Below are positions 26,424 through 38,981 of a DNA stretch of 64,000 nt, in pieces. Both the position numbers and the translations under genes were made by a program. The DNA is from Octopus sinensis (taxonomy: Eukaryota): contig NC_043003.1 in the NCBI RefSeq assembly GCF_006345805.1, positions 52,886,001 through 52,950,000 on the forward strand, in the 5' to 3' direction. Each line of letters starts with the position of its first letter. The stretch's first letter is position 1. Under the pieces are notes generated by a model. It was not told where the DNA came from and ran no database searches. It saw only the letters and a program-made list of their open reading frames with translations.

Positions 26424-26528
26424 TATATATATATATATATATGAACTAACAGGAACCTTAACTTATTTTAAGACCAGACCTAGCAATAAATACCTAACTG
26501 GTCGAGGTAATCTTCAGGTTACGAGGAA

Positions 26529-26572
<44 letters not shown>

Positions 26573-26629
26573 GCACACACACACACACACACACAAACAC
26601 AACCACACACATACATATGTGTGTATATA

Positions 26630-26850
26630 TGTATGTATTTGTCTTTGCGTTTGTATCGTCCACCACCACTTGACAACCGGTGTTGGTTTGTTTACGGCTC
26701 TGTTACCAAGATACTTGGCAAAAGATATCGACAGAATAAGGATCAAACTTGAGAAAAAATAAATATATATTGCGGTCGATTTCTTCGAGTAAAACCCTTT
26801 AAGGCGGTGTCGCAGCTTGGCCGCAATCTAATAACTAAATCAAATAAAAT
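26630..26850 (+). mobile_element. SINE family B, 3' half
   Basis: cttgacaaccggtgttggtttgtttacg..aaggcggtg. Confidence 0.75.
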
Positions 26851-26924
26851 GATAATAGATTAACTTAACTCTTGTTTTTACACGAGGAAGAGTTCTCTGA
26901 ATTATTCTTTAAAGCAATGGCTAT

Positions 26925-27051
26925 AGGTGCAGGCTTCCCAAACATATAGTTCCAGGTTCAGTCCCACTGCACGGCACCTGGGGCAAGTGTCTTCTACTAT
27001 AGCTTCAGACTGACTAAAGTCTCGTGAGACGGAAACTGAAAGAGGCCCATC

Positions 27052-27091
<40 letters not shown>

Positions 27092-27420
27092 GCATGTATA
27101 TATACATATAGATGTAGGTACGTACATATATGTATGTATATATGCATATGTTTTATTTATTATTTTGTTATATATATATATATATATATATATACGACGT
27201 GTATGTGTGTGTGTGTAGCCCCATCATCGTCTGACAACCGGTGTTTGTGTTTACGTCCCCGTAACTTAGCGGTTCGGCAAATGTCACCGATAGAATAAGT
27301 ACTAGGCTTAAATAAATAAGCCCTAGGGTCGATTTGTTCGACAAAAAAAAAAAAAAAAAATTAAGGCGGTGCTCCAGCATGGTTGCAGTCAAATGACCTG
27401 AAACAAGTAAAGGAATAAAA
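26925..27420 (+). mobile_element. SINE family B
   Basis: ggttcagtcccactgcacggcacctggggcaagtgtc head, internal (TA)n, ggcggtgctccagcatgg tail. Confidence 0.85.
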
Positions 27421-27854
27421 GACTATTATCACAATTATTTCATTTATTTATCAGATTTAAAAAAGAACAAAATCGTGGGCAATAAAAGTAGACAAATTGA
27501 ATTACGAAAATAACGGAGGGGCGCATATCAAGGAAAGGAACTAACTTTATTTTCGAGCTGTTCTATTCATTGCGCCGACATGATTGATTATGGGATCAAT
27601 TGATACAGTTGCAAGATTGTTTATTGCTGACCAGGGCCCTCCTGATATTGTTGTTACTGGGGCTGTGCCAGTATGTCACTTTCATTGTATTTTGATAGTT
27701 GTCTTTGCTATTCACACATCTCAAAACCCCGTTCTTTATCGAGCAATCTCACGTTTTATGGGTCCCTTCCCCTCACACACTTATTTGTATATTTTATGTA
27801 TTTTGATATATTTATTGTTGAATTCCTCCTCATCATTGCTCTAGTGCATTTTCC

Positions 27855-27932
27855 TTCCATCACCATTACCATCATCCTCATCATTTTCTTCTTCTTCTTC
27901 TTCTTCTTCTTCTTCTTCTCCTCCTCCTACTA

Positions 27933-27967
<35 letters not shown>

Positions 27968-27985
27968 ACTACTACTACTACCACT

Positions 27986-28036
<51 letters not shown>

Positions 28037-28040
28037 TCAT
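27855..28040. repeat. Compound trinucleotide tract (CTT/CTA/CTG/CCA)
   Basis: Read directly. Confidence 0.9.
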
Positions 28041-28490
28041 CTTTCCTCCTCCCCTTCTCATCAACCTCTCATTTACTCAATCTATACCACCATGCATCTT
28101 TATCTCTCATCTCCTGACTTTTCCATTTGCTCTCGTACTTTATATGACATCATAAAGCGATAATATATTCTTTTTTTTTTATAATACAAATATGATGAAA
28201 TAATTATAGGACAATTGCGTTGGCTCAGTCAGTTTATAATGGTACAAAGAGTTTGGCAACTCCCAAGTCCTCTTATTATACTTGGAACGATATGACGTTT
28301 ATGTTTCTGAAGTCAACAAAATATGAAGCAGTAAGATTCTCGGGTTGAGCATATTACACTGAAAAGCTTTTAGAAGTTAAGCAAAACAATTCAATATTCA
28401 TAATTTGTTTAATGAGGTTGAGGTAAAGGGGTTGAGAGCTGAGTGAACTCTTCAACACCTTCTTGTTCGGTACCAATATTTTCCGAGTTT

Positions 28491-28710
28491 AAAGCGGTGA
28501 GCTAGCAGAATCGTTAAAATACCTGGGCAGAATGCTTAGCGGTATCTCGCCCCCGTCTTTAAGTTTTGAATTCAAATTCCGCCGAGGTCGACTTTGCCTT
28601 TCATCCTTTCGGAGTCGATAAAATAAGTACCAGTTGAGTAATGCGATCGATGTAATCGATTATCCCCCTCCCCCAAATTTCAGGCATTGTGCCTATAGTA
28701 GAAAGGGTTA
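28491..28710 (+). mobile_element. SINE family A
   Basis: gcggtgagctagcagaatcg...gaggtcgactttgcctttcatcctttcgg. Confidence 0.85.
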
Positions 28711-29478
28711 TTCTGATACCTCGTTAGCGAACCTTAGTCTAATCCATATACTCTTTGACAATGAACACTAAGTACTCTGGTAACAAAAATAAAACTAGAG
28801 AAAATGTCGAAAGGCGTCTACTACATGGAAACTTACTACATGGAAAAATAGGTACTATGAAATTTTAATTAAAACAACACTCATAAAAACGAGTACAAAT
28901 AATTATCTAAATCAAAAATTTCGGACGAAAGAAAAAGAAAACCCGTTACCATTAAGTTTTTATGTCGTAGGCGTGAAGTTCATGGATGTTGTTAACCTAT
29001 AAATGGGTGTATTTAACCTATAAGTAAACAGTATTATTTATGATCTCATGCAAATGTTTTTTCTACTCCTGTGAAATTTTCGTAGAAATACAAGAAATGT
29101 ATTTATTTCACTCTTCCAGTTATGCTCTGTATTAATCTAACTTGGAACTGGGATGATTGCATCCGTCTATAGTTAGACTTCTACAAATGAAAAGAGAACA
29201 TATTAATATTCGAGGCAGTTGTTCTTTTTCTGTTTAGAAAGAATTAAAAAAATTAAAAAAAACACTGGGGCACATTAGCCACCCACCAATTTCAACAGCG
29301 CATGAGATAAGTTTTCACTGCATTAAAGGGATGAAATATTTAAAGCAACTTCGCATGTAAGACTTGGGCAATTTTCTTCTGGGATTATTATTGTGGTGAA
29401 ATTACATCCTATGCCATCAGATAAGATATTTGCTCATTGAAATAGTTCAGTAGCGTTCAAAAGACAAGTAACATAAAA

Positions 29479-30251
29479 ATGTATGTATGTATGTATGTAT
29501 GTATGTATGTATGTATGTATGTATGTATGTATGTATGTATGTATGTGTGTGTGTATGTGTGTATGTATGTATGTATGTGTGTATGTGTATGCATGTATGC
29601 ATGTATGTATGTATGTATGTATGTGTGTGGTGCGTGTGTGTGTATGTATGTATGTATGTATGCATGTATGTACGGATGTATATACGTAGTACATGTGTAT
29701 GAGCGTGTGTTTGCATGCATGCATGTATGTATGTATGCATGTATGTGTGTGCGTGATTGTGTACGTATGTATGTATGTATGTATGTGTGTATGTATGTAT
29801 GTATGTATGTACGTATGTATGTATGTATGTATGTATGTATGTGTGTGTGTATGTATGTACGTATGTACGTACGTATGTATGTGTATGAGTGTGTGTATGC
29901 CGGTATATGTGCGGCGAGCTGGCAGAAACGTTAGCACGCCGGGCGAAATGCTTTGCGGTATTTCGTCTGCCGTTACGTGTTCTGGGTTCAAATTCCGCCG
30001 AGGTCGACTTTGCCTTTCATCCTTTCGGGGTCGATTAAATAAGTACAGTTTACGCACTGGGGTCGATGTAATCGACTTACTCCGTTTGTCTGTCCTTGCT
30101 TGTCCTTCTGTGTGTAGCCCCTTGTGGGTAGTAAAGAAATATATTATATGCCTGCACGCATGCAAGTTTGTATGTATGTATGTATGTATGTATGTATGTA
30201 TGTATGTATGTATGTATGTATGTATGTATGTATGTATGTGTGCATGCATGC

Positions 30252-30282
<31 letters not shown>

Positions 30283-30295
30283 AGTATGTATGTAT
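29479..30295. repeat. (TATG)n tract with a SINE A inserted at ~29910-30140 (+)
   Basis: Read directly; SINE head gcggcgagctggcagaaacgttagc at ~29911. Confidence 0.9.
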
Positions 30296-31037
30296 AATAT
30301 CTAGTTCGTCAAGTGAGTAATTCTAGAAGTCGTATTTCGACGTAATAATACAAATAAAATTAGTTATGAGTGTGTACATAAGATCTCATAAATACTTGTA
30401 ATTCATGAACTCGGCACAAATGCATTGATTTCTAGATGTGTAGAACAATTTGTGTTACTGATACCCATGCCATGCTCTTTTCAGTGTATTCTCACTGAAT
30501 TGTCATTGCTGTCAAGCTTTGGTCGCTTGAATGACATCAACACCATAAACTGCTAAACAGACAGAAAGTTATTGCAATGCTTGTTAATAGCTGAGCTAAT
30601 GAACAAAACAAACTTGCACTGGAAAGTACAAACGGGGAATAAACGATTAAAGAACAATGCTTTATAGTTGTCCTGCAACGCCCTCAAGTAATTTGATAGT
30701 CAGAGCCAGGCTCACAGGATTCCTTTACTTTTTAGCTGAAGTGTAGAAGAAAAACGCGAGTTTACTTTAGTTTTGTTGTAAATGTGTCAAGCGCTGTGAA
30801 GATGGAGTTTATCTCTTAGTAAACCTGATGTACATCCCTATTTAATTTATAGCAGCAATTTCACTCTAAGACTTAGCTACCAATGGCTTACAAAAAAAAA
30901 AAATGTTTACTTCGCAGTTCCTATTATCTCTAATTCCGAAGTAAAATAAAAAGTTTATATCATTTGAAGAAAATTTACTTAAATCCTGTAATATTTAAAT
31001 TAACAATTTGACATGCAGGAAAAAAACCCATTGGTTA

Positions 31038-31076
<39 letters not shown>

Positions 31077-31184
31077 TATATTATATATATATATAATATA
31101 TATATATATATTATATATATTATATTTATATATTTTTGTGGTGTGTTGTGTGTGTGTGTGTGTTGTGTGTAAAAATACCAACTG

Positions 31185-31500
31185 GTATACCAACGCAAAA
31201 CATTTAGAAGACGATATAAAAAAACCCGGACGGGACATTCGAAGCCTTCAATCTTCAGTGAAGAACCGGATCATCCTCGCAATTTCGGCTGATTAATCTT
31301 GAGATTGCTTCGATCTGGCCAGTCCCAAGGAAAATCTAAGCCAAGCGCATTAGATTCCTCGGAAGAAAACCTCGAATGTATACAAAACAAAAACGGAAAA
31401 ACGGACTATCTTACACGAATATGAATACAAAAATACGTAAAAACAATAATGATAATAATAACAAAAACAGGACGTCACAAACAGGCGTCTTTCGACACGG
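31185..31500 (-). mobile_element. Dispersed repeat next to (TA)n, related to 59160-59415; pLTR-like
   Basis: tcatcctcgcaatttcggctgattaatcttgagattgc is the reverse complement of ~59231-59268. Confidence 0.6.
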
Positions 31501-31588
31501 CGCACGTACACTTTTGTCTTATATGTAAGTATATATATATATATATAACTTATATATGTGGCATAAGTAACCGTCATTATGTAGTCCT

Positions 31589-31868
31589 TTATTGTACTAA
31601 ATTTGACTTACAGCTGTTTCCGGTTATCATTATAAGTTCATTATTGATTGATTTACTCAATCGGCTCATTGATTAGTTGAGAAAAGACGAACGTCCTAAA
31701 GAATTAATGCGACCTTCGTCAGAGTCATTTTGTTATGGCGATAACCAAGTAGAACAGATGGTCGTTAAATTTTTCCCAACCGATCAATGAACTGATTGAG
31801 TAAAATCAATCAATAACGAACTTATAATGACTATCAGAAGCAACTGCAAATCAAATTTACAACAATAA
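31589..31868. repeat. Imperfect inverted repeat, ~97-bp arms and ~85-bp spacer
   Basis: 31589-31685 is roughly 80% identical by eye to the reverse complement of ~31772-31868. Confidence 0.85.
31604..31727 (-). ncRNA. Type I hammerhead with long stem II insertion and palindromic stem III
   Basis: Minus strand: tgact-CTGACGA-aggt...~90 nt...accg-GAAA-cagctg-TA-agtca. Confidence 0.7.
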
Positions 31869-32223
31869 AATATATGCAATAACCATTATTTATTCCTTGT
31901 CTTGTATATCACATCCAGTAAAAGACCATTTAAATGGGAATACAACATATGACTGTCCAGCTCCTTCTTTTGTAGAACAACTTGCAGAAATGTTTTGTTT
32001 ATGACGATGAAATTTTCATGCCGTACATTAGACCACCCACTCCATCAAATCGACGTTGCTTGAAGAGGCGCACGGTGTAATTGCAGAACAATTTGAGGCG
32101 AAGTATTTTGCTCAAGAACCCAACATACCACTCGGTTTAGGAATTGAAACCACGATCTCGCGTTGTAACACCCTAAGCACTAGGCATCCGTCCTCATTAT
32201 ATATATATATATATATATATATT

Positions 32224-32264
<41 letters not shown>

Positions 32265-32329
32265 CATATATATATAGATATATAAGTAAATTTATATATA
32301 TAATACATACATATATATATGGATATAAA

Positions 32330-32363
<34 letters not shown>

Positions 32364-32371
32364 ATATATAA

Positions 32372-32417
<46 letters not shown>

Positions 32418-32455
32418 TATATATATACATACATATATATATGGATATATAAATG

Positions 32456-32522
<67 letters not shown>

Positions 32523-32537
32523 TATATGGATATATAA

Positions 32538-33010
32538 ATGCCTTCCTGGGGTAAAAAATAACAGTAACACCGTCCTCTATAGGACCACCGTATTTAGTTG
32601 GCAAATATATTTTACGATTCCGTGCTTTTACTGTTTAGCTCTTGCTTGGAGATATAATGTAACTTATCTCTCTCTTTATGAGATCAGCGACAGTTTATCG
32701 CTAGAAAAAGGATATAGCATTTTGTGAATGGAATGAGTTCTTCACCCTTAGCCAGTGATTAACACACACTGAAGACGGGTAACCACTCAGAAACCTGGGT
32801 CTGTGAGTATCACGTAAGGCTAGAGATGGGAGCGATGACCTCTCTCACAAACACTAATAGGACACAGACTGAATGTTGTTGGCCAGCCGGAGGAGATGTC
32901 TTCCTGGGGCTAAAAACAACAGTAACACCGTCTTCTATAGGACCGCCTCATTTAGTTGTCAAATATATATTACGATTCCGAACTGTTACAGTTATCTCTT
33001 ACTCGGAAAT
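32538..33010 (+). mobile_element. Partial tandem element (period 358 bp) carrying a hammerhead; pLTR/retrozyme-like
   Basis: atgYcttcctgggg..acagtaacaccgtc..ttacgattccg at 32538 and 32896; flanked by (TA)n and (TACA)n. Confidence 0.7.
32765..32805 (+). ncRNA. Minimal type I hammerhead
   Basis: caca-CTGAAGA-c-gggt-aacc-actc-a-GAAA-cctggg-TC-tgtg (GUC triplet). Confidence 0.72.
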
Positions 33011-33034
33011 TTAATACATACATACATACATACA

Positions 33035-33070
<36 letters not shown>

Positions 33071-33125
33071 CAGATATATATATATATTATATATATTATA
33101 TAGATATTATATTATATATATATAT

Positions 33126-33228
33126 AAGTAAATAAATGGTACAACGAAGCACCGATATTTACTGGAAAATAGCGAACGTAATAAATACGACGCTAATATC
33201 GGTGCTTCGTTGTACCATTTATTTACTT
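33126..33228. repeat. Perfect 34-bp inverted repeat with a structured 35-nt loop
   Basis: aagtaaataaatggtacaacgaagcaccgatatt (33126-33159) and its exact reverse complement (33195-33228). Confidence 0.92.
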
Positions 33229-33295
33229 TTATGTATAATTTTACCCTCAAGGGCTATCCTTTACTGGAAAGCACTACTCTCGTATGCATTACTAT

Positions 33296-33332
<37 letters not shown>

Positions 33333-33378
33333 TAGATAAATAAATAGAGTTAAATGTAAGTGGTATTCAAATCTTTAA

Positions 33379-33466
33379 CTTCCACCATATGTTTCGAAGA
33401 AAACATTGATATTATTCCAGAAGGAATAAAATGATGTAAAACAATGCACTCTTCTCATCAGGGGAA
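33379..33466 (-). ncRNA. Degenerate hammerhead (cleavage triplet lost)
   Basis: Minus strand: ttccc-CTGATGA-gaaga...tcttc-GAAA-catatg-gtggaa. Confidence 0.55.
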
Positions 33467-33606
33467 AAAGAGAAACAAAATGCATCAATAAGACATTTTA
33501 ACCGAATGTGATTATTGCATATATGATGAAGGGAACTCTGCTACGCTATTTTTTTAAAAAGCCGTTAATATATATATATAACGTATATATTCAGATTGAA
33601 TAACAG

Positions 33607-33649
33607 ATACACTGACTAAAGTTTCTCCTTTCAGTTGTTCAGAGTGTAT
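33607..33649 (-). ncRNA. Degenerate minimal hammerhead (core G8 changed)
   Basis: Minus strand: atacact-CTGAACA-actgaaagga-GAAA-ctttag-TC-agtgtat; perfect 7-bp stem I. Confidence 0.55.
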
Positions 33650-33844
33650 TATATTTTGAAAAGTATTGCATATTTTTGTATGTTTTCTTCTGATTTTAAT
33701 TATTTAAATTCTTTCTCTGAAGAAGGAGCTGCTCACTAACAAAGATACAAAGCTAGCTACCTCCATGTATGTATGTATGTATGTATGTATGTATGTATGT
33801 ATGTATGTATGTATGTATGTATGTATGAATGTATGTATGTATAA

Positions 33845-34500
33845 GCGCAGGCATGGCTGTGTGGTAAGAAACTTCCTAACCACATAGTTCCGGGTTCAGT
33901 CCCACAGTGTGGTACCATGGACAAATGTCTTCTGCTGACCAAAGCCTTGCGAGTGAATTTGGTTGACGGAAACTGAGAGAATTCCGTTGCATATATGTAT
34001 ATACGTGTGTGTGTCTTTGTATCTGTGTTTGTTTCCCTCTACCGCTTGACAATGTGGTTGGTGTGTTTACGTCCCCGTATATTAGCAGCTCTTTTATTCT
34101 TTACGTGTTTCAGTCATTTGACTGCAGTCATGTTGAGGCACCGTCTTGAGGGAGTTTTAGTTGAACAAATCAACTGCAGGACATTTTTCAAAATCCTAAT
34201 ATTTATTCTATCAGCCCCTTTTGCTGAACGGTTAAGCTATAGGGACGTAAACATACCAACACCGGTTGTCAAATGGTGATGGGAGACAAACACAGATCCA
34301 AAAACACACACACAGACACAAACAGACAAACAAGCAGACAGACAGACACAGACACACACACTCACACATACATATATTCTTTCAGTTTCTCTCTACAAAA
34401 ACCACTAAGGTGGCTTTAGTCGGCCTGAGGCTATAGTAGAAGAGACTTGCCCAAGGTGCCATGCAGTGGAACTGAACCCGGAACTTCTTACCACACAACC
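33845..34500. mobile_element. Two SINE B copies tail-to-tail (33845-34085 +, 34090-34500 -)
   Basis: Heads gcgcaggcatggctgtgtggtaag (+) and cttaccacacaacc (-). Confidence 0.8.
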
Positions 34501-35109
34501 TCACCTGCGGAGTTGGAAATAAGATAAGTGCAAAGAGATGTAGAGAAAAGAAAAGGAAGTGGTAGGTAACGTTACACAAGTGTTCTTTTGCGGGTGAGCC
34601 CTTAGAACTATTAAAGAAAAACCTTCTGAAAATGCAGAATTGATTTAAACATCATAAAAAATGAATATGAATAATAGTTTCATTGTGGTGTTTCATTAAA
34701 AAATAAAAAAAATATCAAAGGGAAGTAATTCATTTCGACAAACCCTTTAAAGGTAACATTGTACATTGTATGAATCATGTTATTTTATTGGGTGGATATA
34801 GCATATAATGTGTGTTAAATACTGCTATTATTCAAAGGTTATGGAACACTAAGCCGAAGACCACCTTAAAAGGTGCAACCAAAGAGGAAGCAACCAACAG
34901 ACTAACAATCATGGTAACAACAACAACAACAACAACAATAACACCTACAACAAAACATAGCTGCAACACTGTACAAATAATTACATCAACGACAACTAAC
35001 AAGTAGAGAAAAGCTAAAACGAGAACAATAAACGGCCACAACAACAGCAAGAAACACATCAAGAATATGAACAAGAGGAAAATTTAAAAAAAAGCTACAG
35101 CAGCAGTTA

Positions 35110-35440
35110 CAAGAGCAGGAACAATTGTAACTGTTTTTTGCTTCAGTAATATGGTCAGTCTTTATGGGAAAATCCCATAAACTTCTAAAATTATTCCGTC
35201 AGACTTTCTATCTCGTGTTTACACAACTTTTCTGTTACTTTGGATCTACACACTAGGCAAACATCCCAACATCTCTTTTACCGACACAATTATGTTTCCG
35301 TTTATACTCTTTTGGTGCTAGCTTACTGCATCCACTTAAGAGTTGATTAATACTTCCGTTTCCTTCCCCACAGATTCTGCGTTTGATCTCTGACTGAGTT
35401 ATATCAATCTTTGTTTTATCAGATTCATTCTAATGTCTTA
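35110..35440 (-). mobile_element. R4/Dong LINE fragment (CCHC/RLE region)
   Basis: Hand translation RICGEGNGSINQLLSGCSKLAPKEYKRKHN followed by a WDFPIKTDH-like segment. Confidence 0.65.
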
Positions 35441-36569
35441 TTCCTGAATGACTTTAATTAATGCTTAGGTTTCTCTTTCTGGTTTCCGTACGTCAGCTAG
35501 AACTAATATTTTCTTATTTCTACATCTTAGGTTCGTTGCATGACTTAACTATGAATTTCTTGCTTTTCCATTTCCTTGTCCTGATGTTCTTCCTTCTGCT
35601 CTTGAATTTGTATGAGGAAAACAGAGGAGGAAGAAATGAGATAAAAAGTATACATAGCATAGAAAGTATGTGGATACATGAATGATACAGCCCTCCTAAT
35701 ATATGGGAGCCTCCTACTTGGGCTGATCAAGGAATCCCATAGACCAAAAATCACCACGACCACCAATATAGCCCGTGGAGGGTAAAAATACGAAATTTAG
35801 TTGTATCCCTTTATGTTCTGTGATAAATTCTCACCAGTAGTGGAACATTTTAGGTTTCCCCAAGAATATAAGATGCCAACTTTGTACAACTCAAGTATAC
35901 AGATTCAACTCTATTGGTTTTGAATCTTTTCTTATGTGCTTCTATTATAATACAGACGGCATTCACTCCCATATCCCAAACTTCTCTCTGTGAGGGAATA
36001 AACTTGATGACGTAATGACATTTTTGACCAACCTAACTAAAAGATTGTCTGAGAGGAAGCCATCCCTTAAATATTGGACGGATGTGACGAATATCTGCAA
36101 CACGTCGGTGATGCGTCGTCGTCTTTGCACCGCATCTTGTCCCAAAGAATAATTGACATTAGAATGTCAGCTCTTATATAAAAAGATTGGTTCCTCAGGT
36201 CGTATGATATATCTGTTGCTAACACTCGCTGTTAGATGAGGTTTCATTACACTGTCCCTGATGATATGTAGATATGCTCTAAGTCTGTAAAATCCATAAA
36301 GATTTATTGGGAAAGGATCAAGTGCAGTCGTTGTTTGTGTAACATACTCTCTTTACTGATTAACACTTTAATGGGGCTGCTGTGCAATGGCATTCACTGA
36401 TACAAGATAAGAACTTGCCATGTTAAGTGTCGTCTTCTACGAATTGGGGAGTACGATATGAAGAGCGCCCATTCTTGTATTCTGCAAGAAGTTTATAGAA
36501 GGCATCTTCTTAGAAATACTCTGGTCATTTTATGATAGACTTACATTTTAAGGATTTCTTTAATGTATC

Positions 36570-36945
36570 ATCTTTTATTTGTTTCAGTTGTAGAATTTAG
36601 ACGAATAAATCCACCTCAATTATGTACTTATATTTCAAAATCTGCAACTCATTCTATCAGTCGTTTTTGCCAAACCGTTAGTTACGGGTATTTAAACAAA
36701 CCAACACCGGTTGTCAAGTGGTGTGGGGAACAAAAGCAATCACAAAGGTACACATACACACACACACACACACACGCACAGATATATACATATATAGACG
36801 TGCTTCCACACAGTTTCCATCTACCAAATTCGCTCACAAAGAATTGCCCGGCCTGAGGCTATAGTAAACAACAATGTGTTGTGCACTGGAACTGAACCCG
36901 AAAGCACTTGGTTGCAAAGAGAGCTTCTTTACCATACGGCTATGC
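36570..36945 (-). mobile_element. SINE family B, diverged
   Basis: ccaacaccggttgtcaag, cagtttccatctaccaaattc, actgaacccg. Confidence 0.75.
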
Positions 36946-37249
36946 CTGATGGAAAATTCCCAAAATTCTTTTTGCCTGGCTTGGCTGTTCAACATGATTT
37001 TAGTTACGATGACTCGGTTATGTTCAACAATGACCAAACTTTCTTGTATAAGTTTGTTCGGTGCCCTTGGATGTCTCGTCTGGGAATGTTTGTAGAGCAG
37101 CTGCTGCTGCTGCATGTAGGGTGGATCCATCGAAATCCTTATTACCTCGTTTAAGTAGCCCTTCACAATAAAAGTGAATATAGATAGGGAGTACTATATT
37201 TCATTAAATGTTATCTAAGTTGCTTGAGTGCAACGAATTTGTAGTGAAG

Positions 37250-38125
37250 GAAAGGACCAATTCTTGATTATACTCATGTTGGTTAGATCCACAAGTAGAC
37301 ATATCCTAGAGAAGAGAATCACGGGGGTTTTGGGTTAGTCTAAGATCCCTTAAGCACTAACTAACACTCGCCCATATCAACTGTAGCAGGTGCATCGCAC
37401 AAAATTTGTACAGTAAGCGAGCCGTAAGATGGGAATTTCAAAATCAGGCATCCATCGTATTTTGAAGGGATGTCATAAGAAAAGTTATATTCAAAGAATA
37501 GTCCAAGCTCTCAATGAAAATAATGGAAATCGAAGAGTGGAGTTTTACGAGTGATACTTGGCACGATATGTGGAAGATTGATTGGAGTGATGAGACCACA
37601 TGTAAATTAAGTGGCTCAATCAGTGTTTTTAACTGAGCATACCGGAGACTGCATACTGCCGAGGAACATAATGTTAATTTACCAGGAATTAGTGTAACTT
37701 ATTATCAAATGGATTAATTGAAACATTCGTTTTGACGGTACTGTAACTGGCCCTGTTCACTTGCTGCGACAACCTGTCATGCCAAGTATTCAAGAGGACT
37801 TTTAAGAGGTGGAACACCCGACACTGCCATAGTAATGTAAGGGCCTGCATTGATGAAATTTTACCAAATGGGTGTAGTGGACGAACATATTCAGTAGAAT
37901 GCACTTCACGTTCACCAAACCTCAAATCACAAGGCATTTTTATGGGGATGCTTAAAGGATAAAGCATACGTTACAAAACTGGCAGTAGTCGACGAATTGA
38001 GGGCAGCTGTTGGACGAGAATGCGCACAAACACTGAACGAAATGCTTCTTGGTGTTTGCGACTCCATTACTTCGCATAATCAACAGTGCCTGGACCAGAA
38101 CAGTCATCAGTTCGAAAATACAGGC
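37250..38125 (+). pseudogene. Tc1/mariner-superfamily transposase relic (DD37D/maT-like)
   Basis: Hand translation MGISKSGIHRILK, WSDETTCKLSGSI, SRSPNL...LWGCLKDKAY, HQFEN; resembles WSDEA.F.L.G and WPPRSPDL.P.D..LWG.LK. Confidence 0.75.
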
Positions 38126-38299
38126 ATTCACAAAATAAATATACACTACATTTAAACACATGCATCCTAATCCTCCAAAGAAGTTTTTCTAAGGATTATT
38201 GTTGAACTCTAAAAGCATAAAGACCCTACAATGTATTGGTATACTTATTTATTAATTTTTTGTATATATGTATTATTATTTTTTTGAAAAAACATTGTA

Positions 38300-38512
38300 A
38301 ATTTCTTTTTTCCCCTTCCTAAATTAAAAAAAAATATTTTCCCCCTTCCAAATCTTGTAAATTTGCCTTGAAAGTCGGTTTGATTTATTACTTTTTCTTT
38401 TTAAATTTTTCATAGACCCATTTTTATTAAAATTTACATTCTGCTTTATTATAATTTTTCTCTCCTATCATTTCTCCACGTGCGGTTAACACAACCCCAC
38501 CATTTACTGACT
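38300..38512 (+). mobile_element. (TA)n-abutting repeat related to 16159-16428
   Basis: ttctccacgtgcggttaacacaaccccaccatttactgact is the near reverse complement of 16160-16200. Confidence 0.65.
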
Positions 38513-38565
38513 TATATATATATATGTGTGTATGTGTGTGTGTGTGTGTATGTGTATGTGTGTGT

Positions 38566-38612
<47 letters not shown>

Positions 38613-38789
38613 GCGTGTGTGGTTTTAGAGTCAAGTTTGACTGCTATTTTCAGCGTGGTGGTATCTCTTAGGTACCTTAAACTATAATTTTAAAAAAATA
38701 TTACCTTTGAAAGGTTTTTTTATTGCCATGCATGCCACTTGATAAGAACGATATTTAAATATCGATCTTATACTTATGTACATATATAT

Positions 38790-38981
38790 TCGTGCCGGTG
38801 GCACGTAAAAGCATCCATTACACTCTTGGAGTGGTTGGCGTTAGGAAGGGTATCCAGCCATAGGGTAACCATGCCAAATCAGACTGGAGTCTGGGACAAC
38901 CTTCCAGCTTGCCAGCTCAGGTCAAACCACCCAACCTATGCCAGCGTGGACAACGGACTTTAATGATAATGATGATGATGA
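38790..38981 (+). mobile_element. SINE 3' portion with Meta-domain-like core and (GAT)n tail
   Basis: gttggcgttaggaagggtatccagcc core; atgatgatg tail. Confidence 0.6.

Noticed and set aside
26490-26530. Minus-strand CTGAAGA next to the array
   Set aside because: No matching GAAA or stem III; at most a fragment.
27555-27672. Possible plus-strand exon ending at gtatgt
   Set aside because: Weak acceptor, no recognisable protein and no partner exons.
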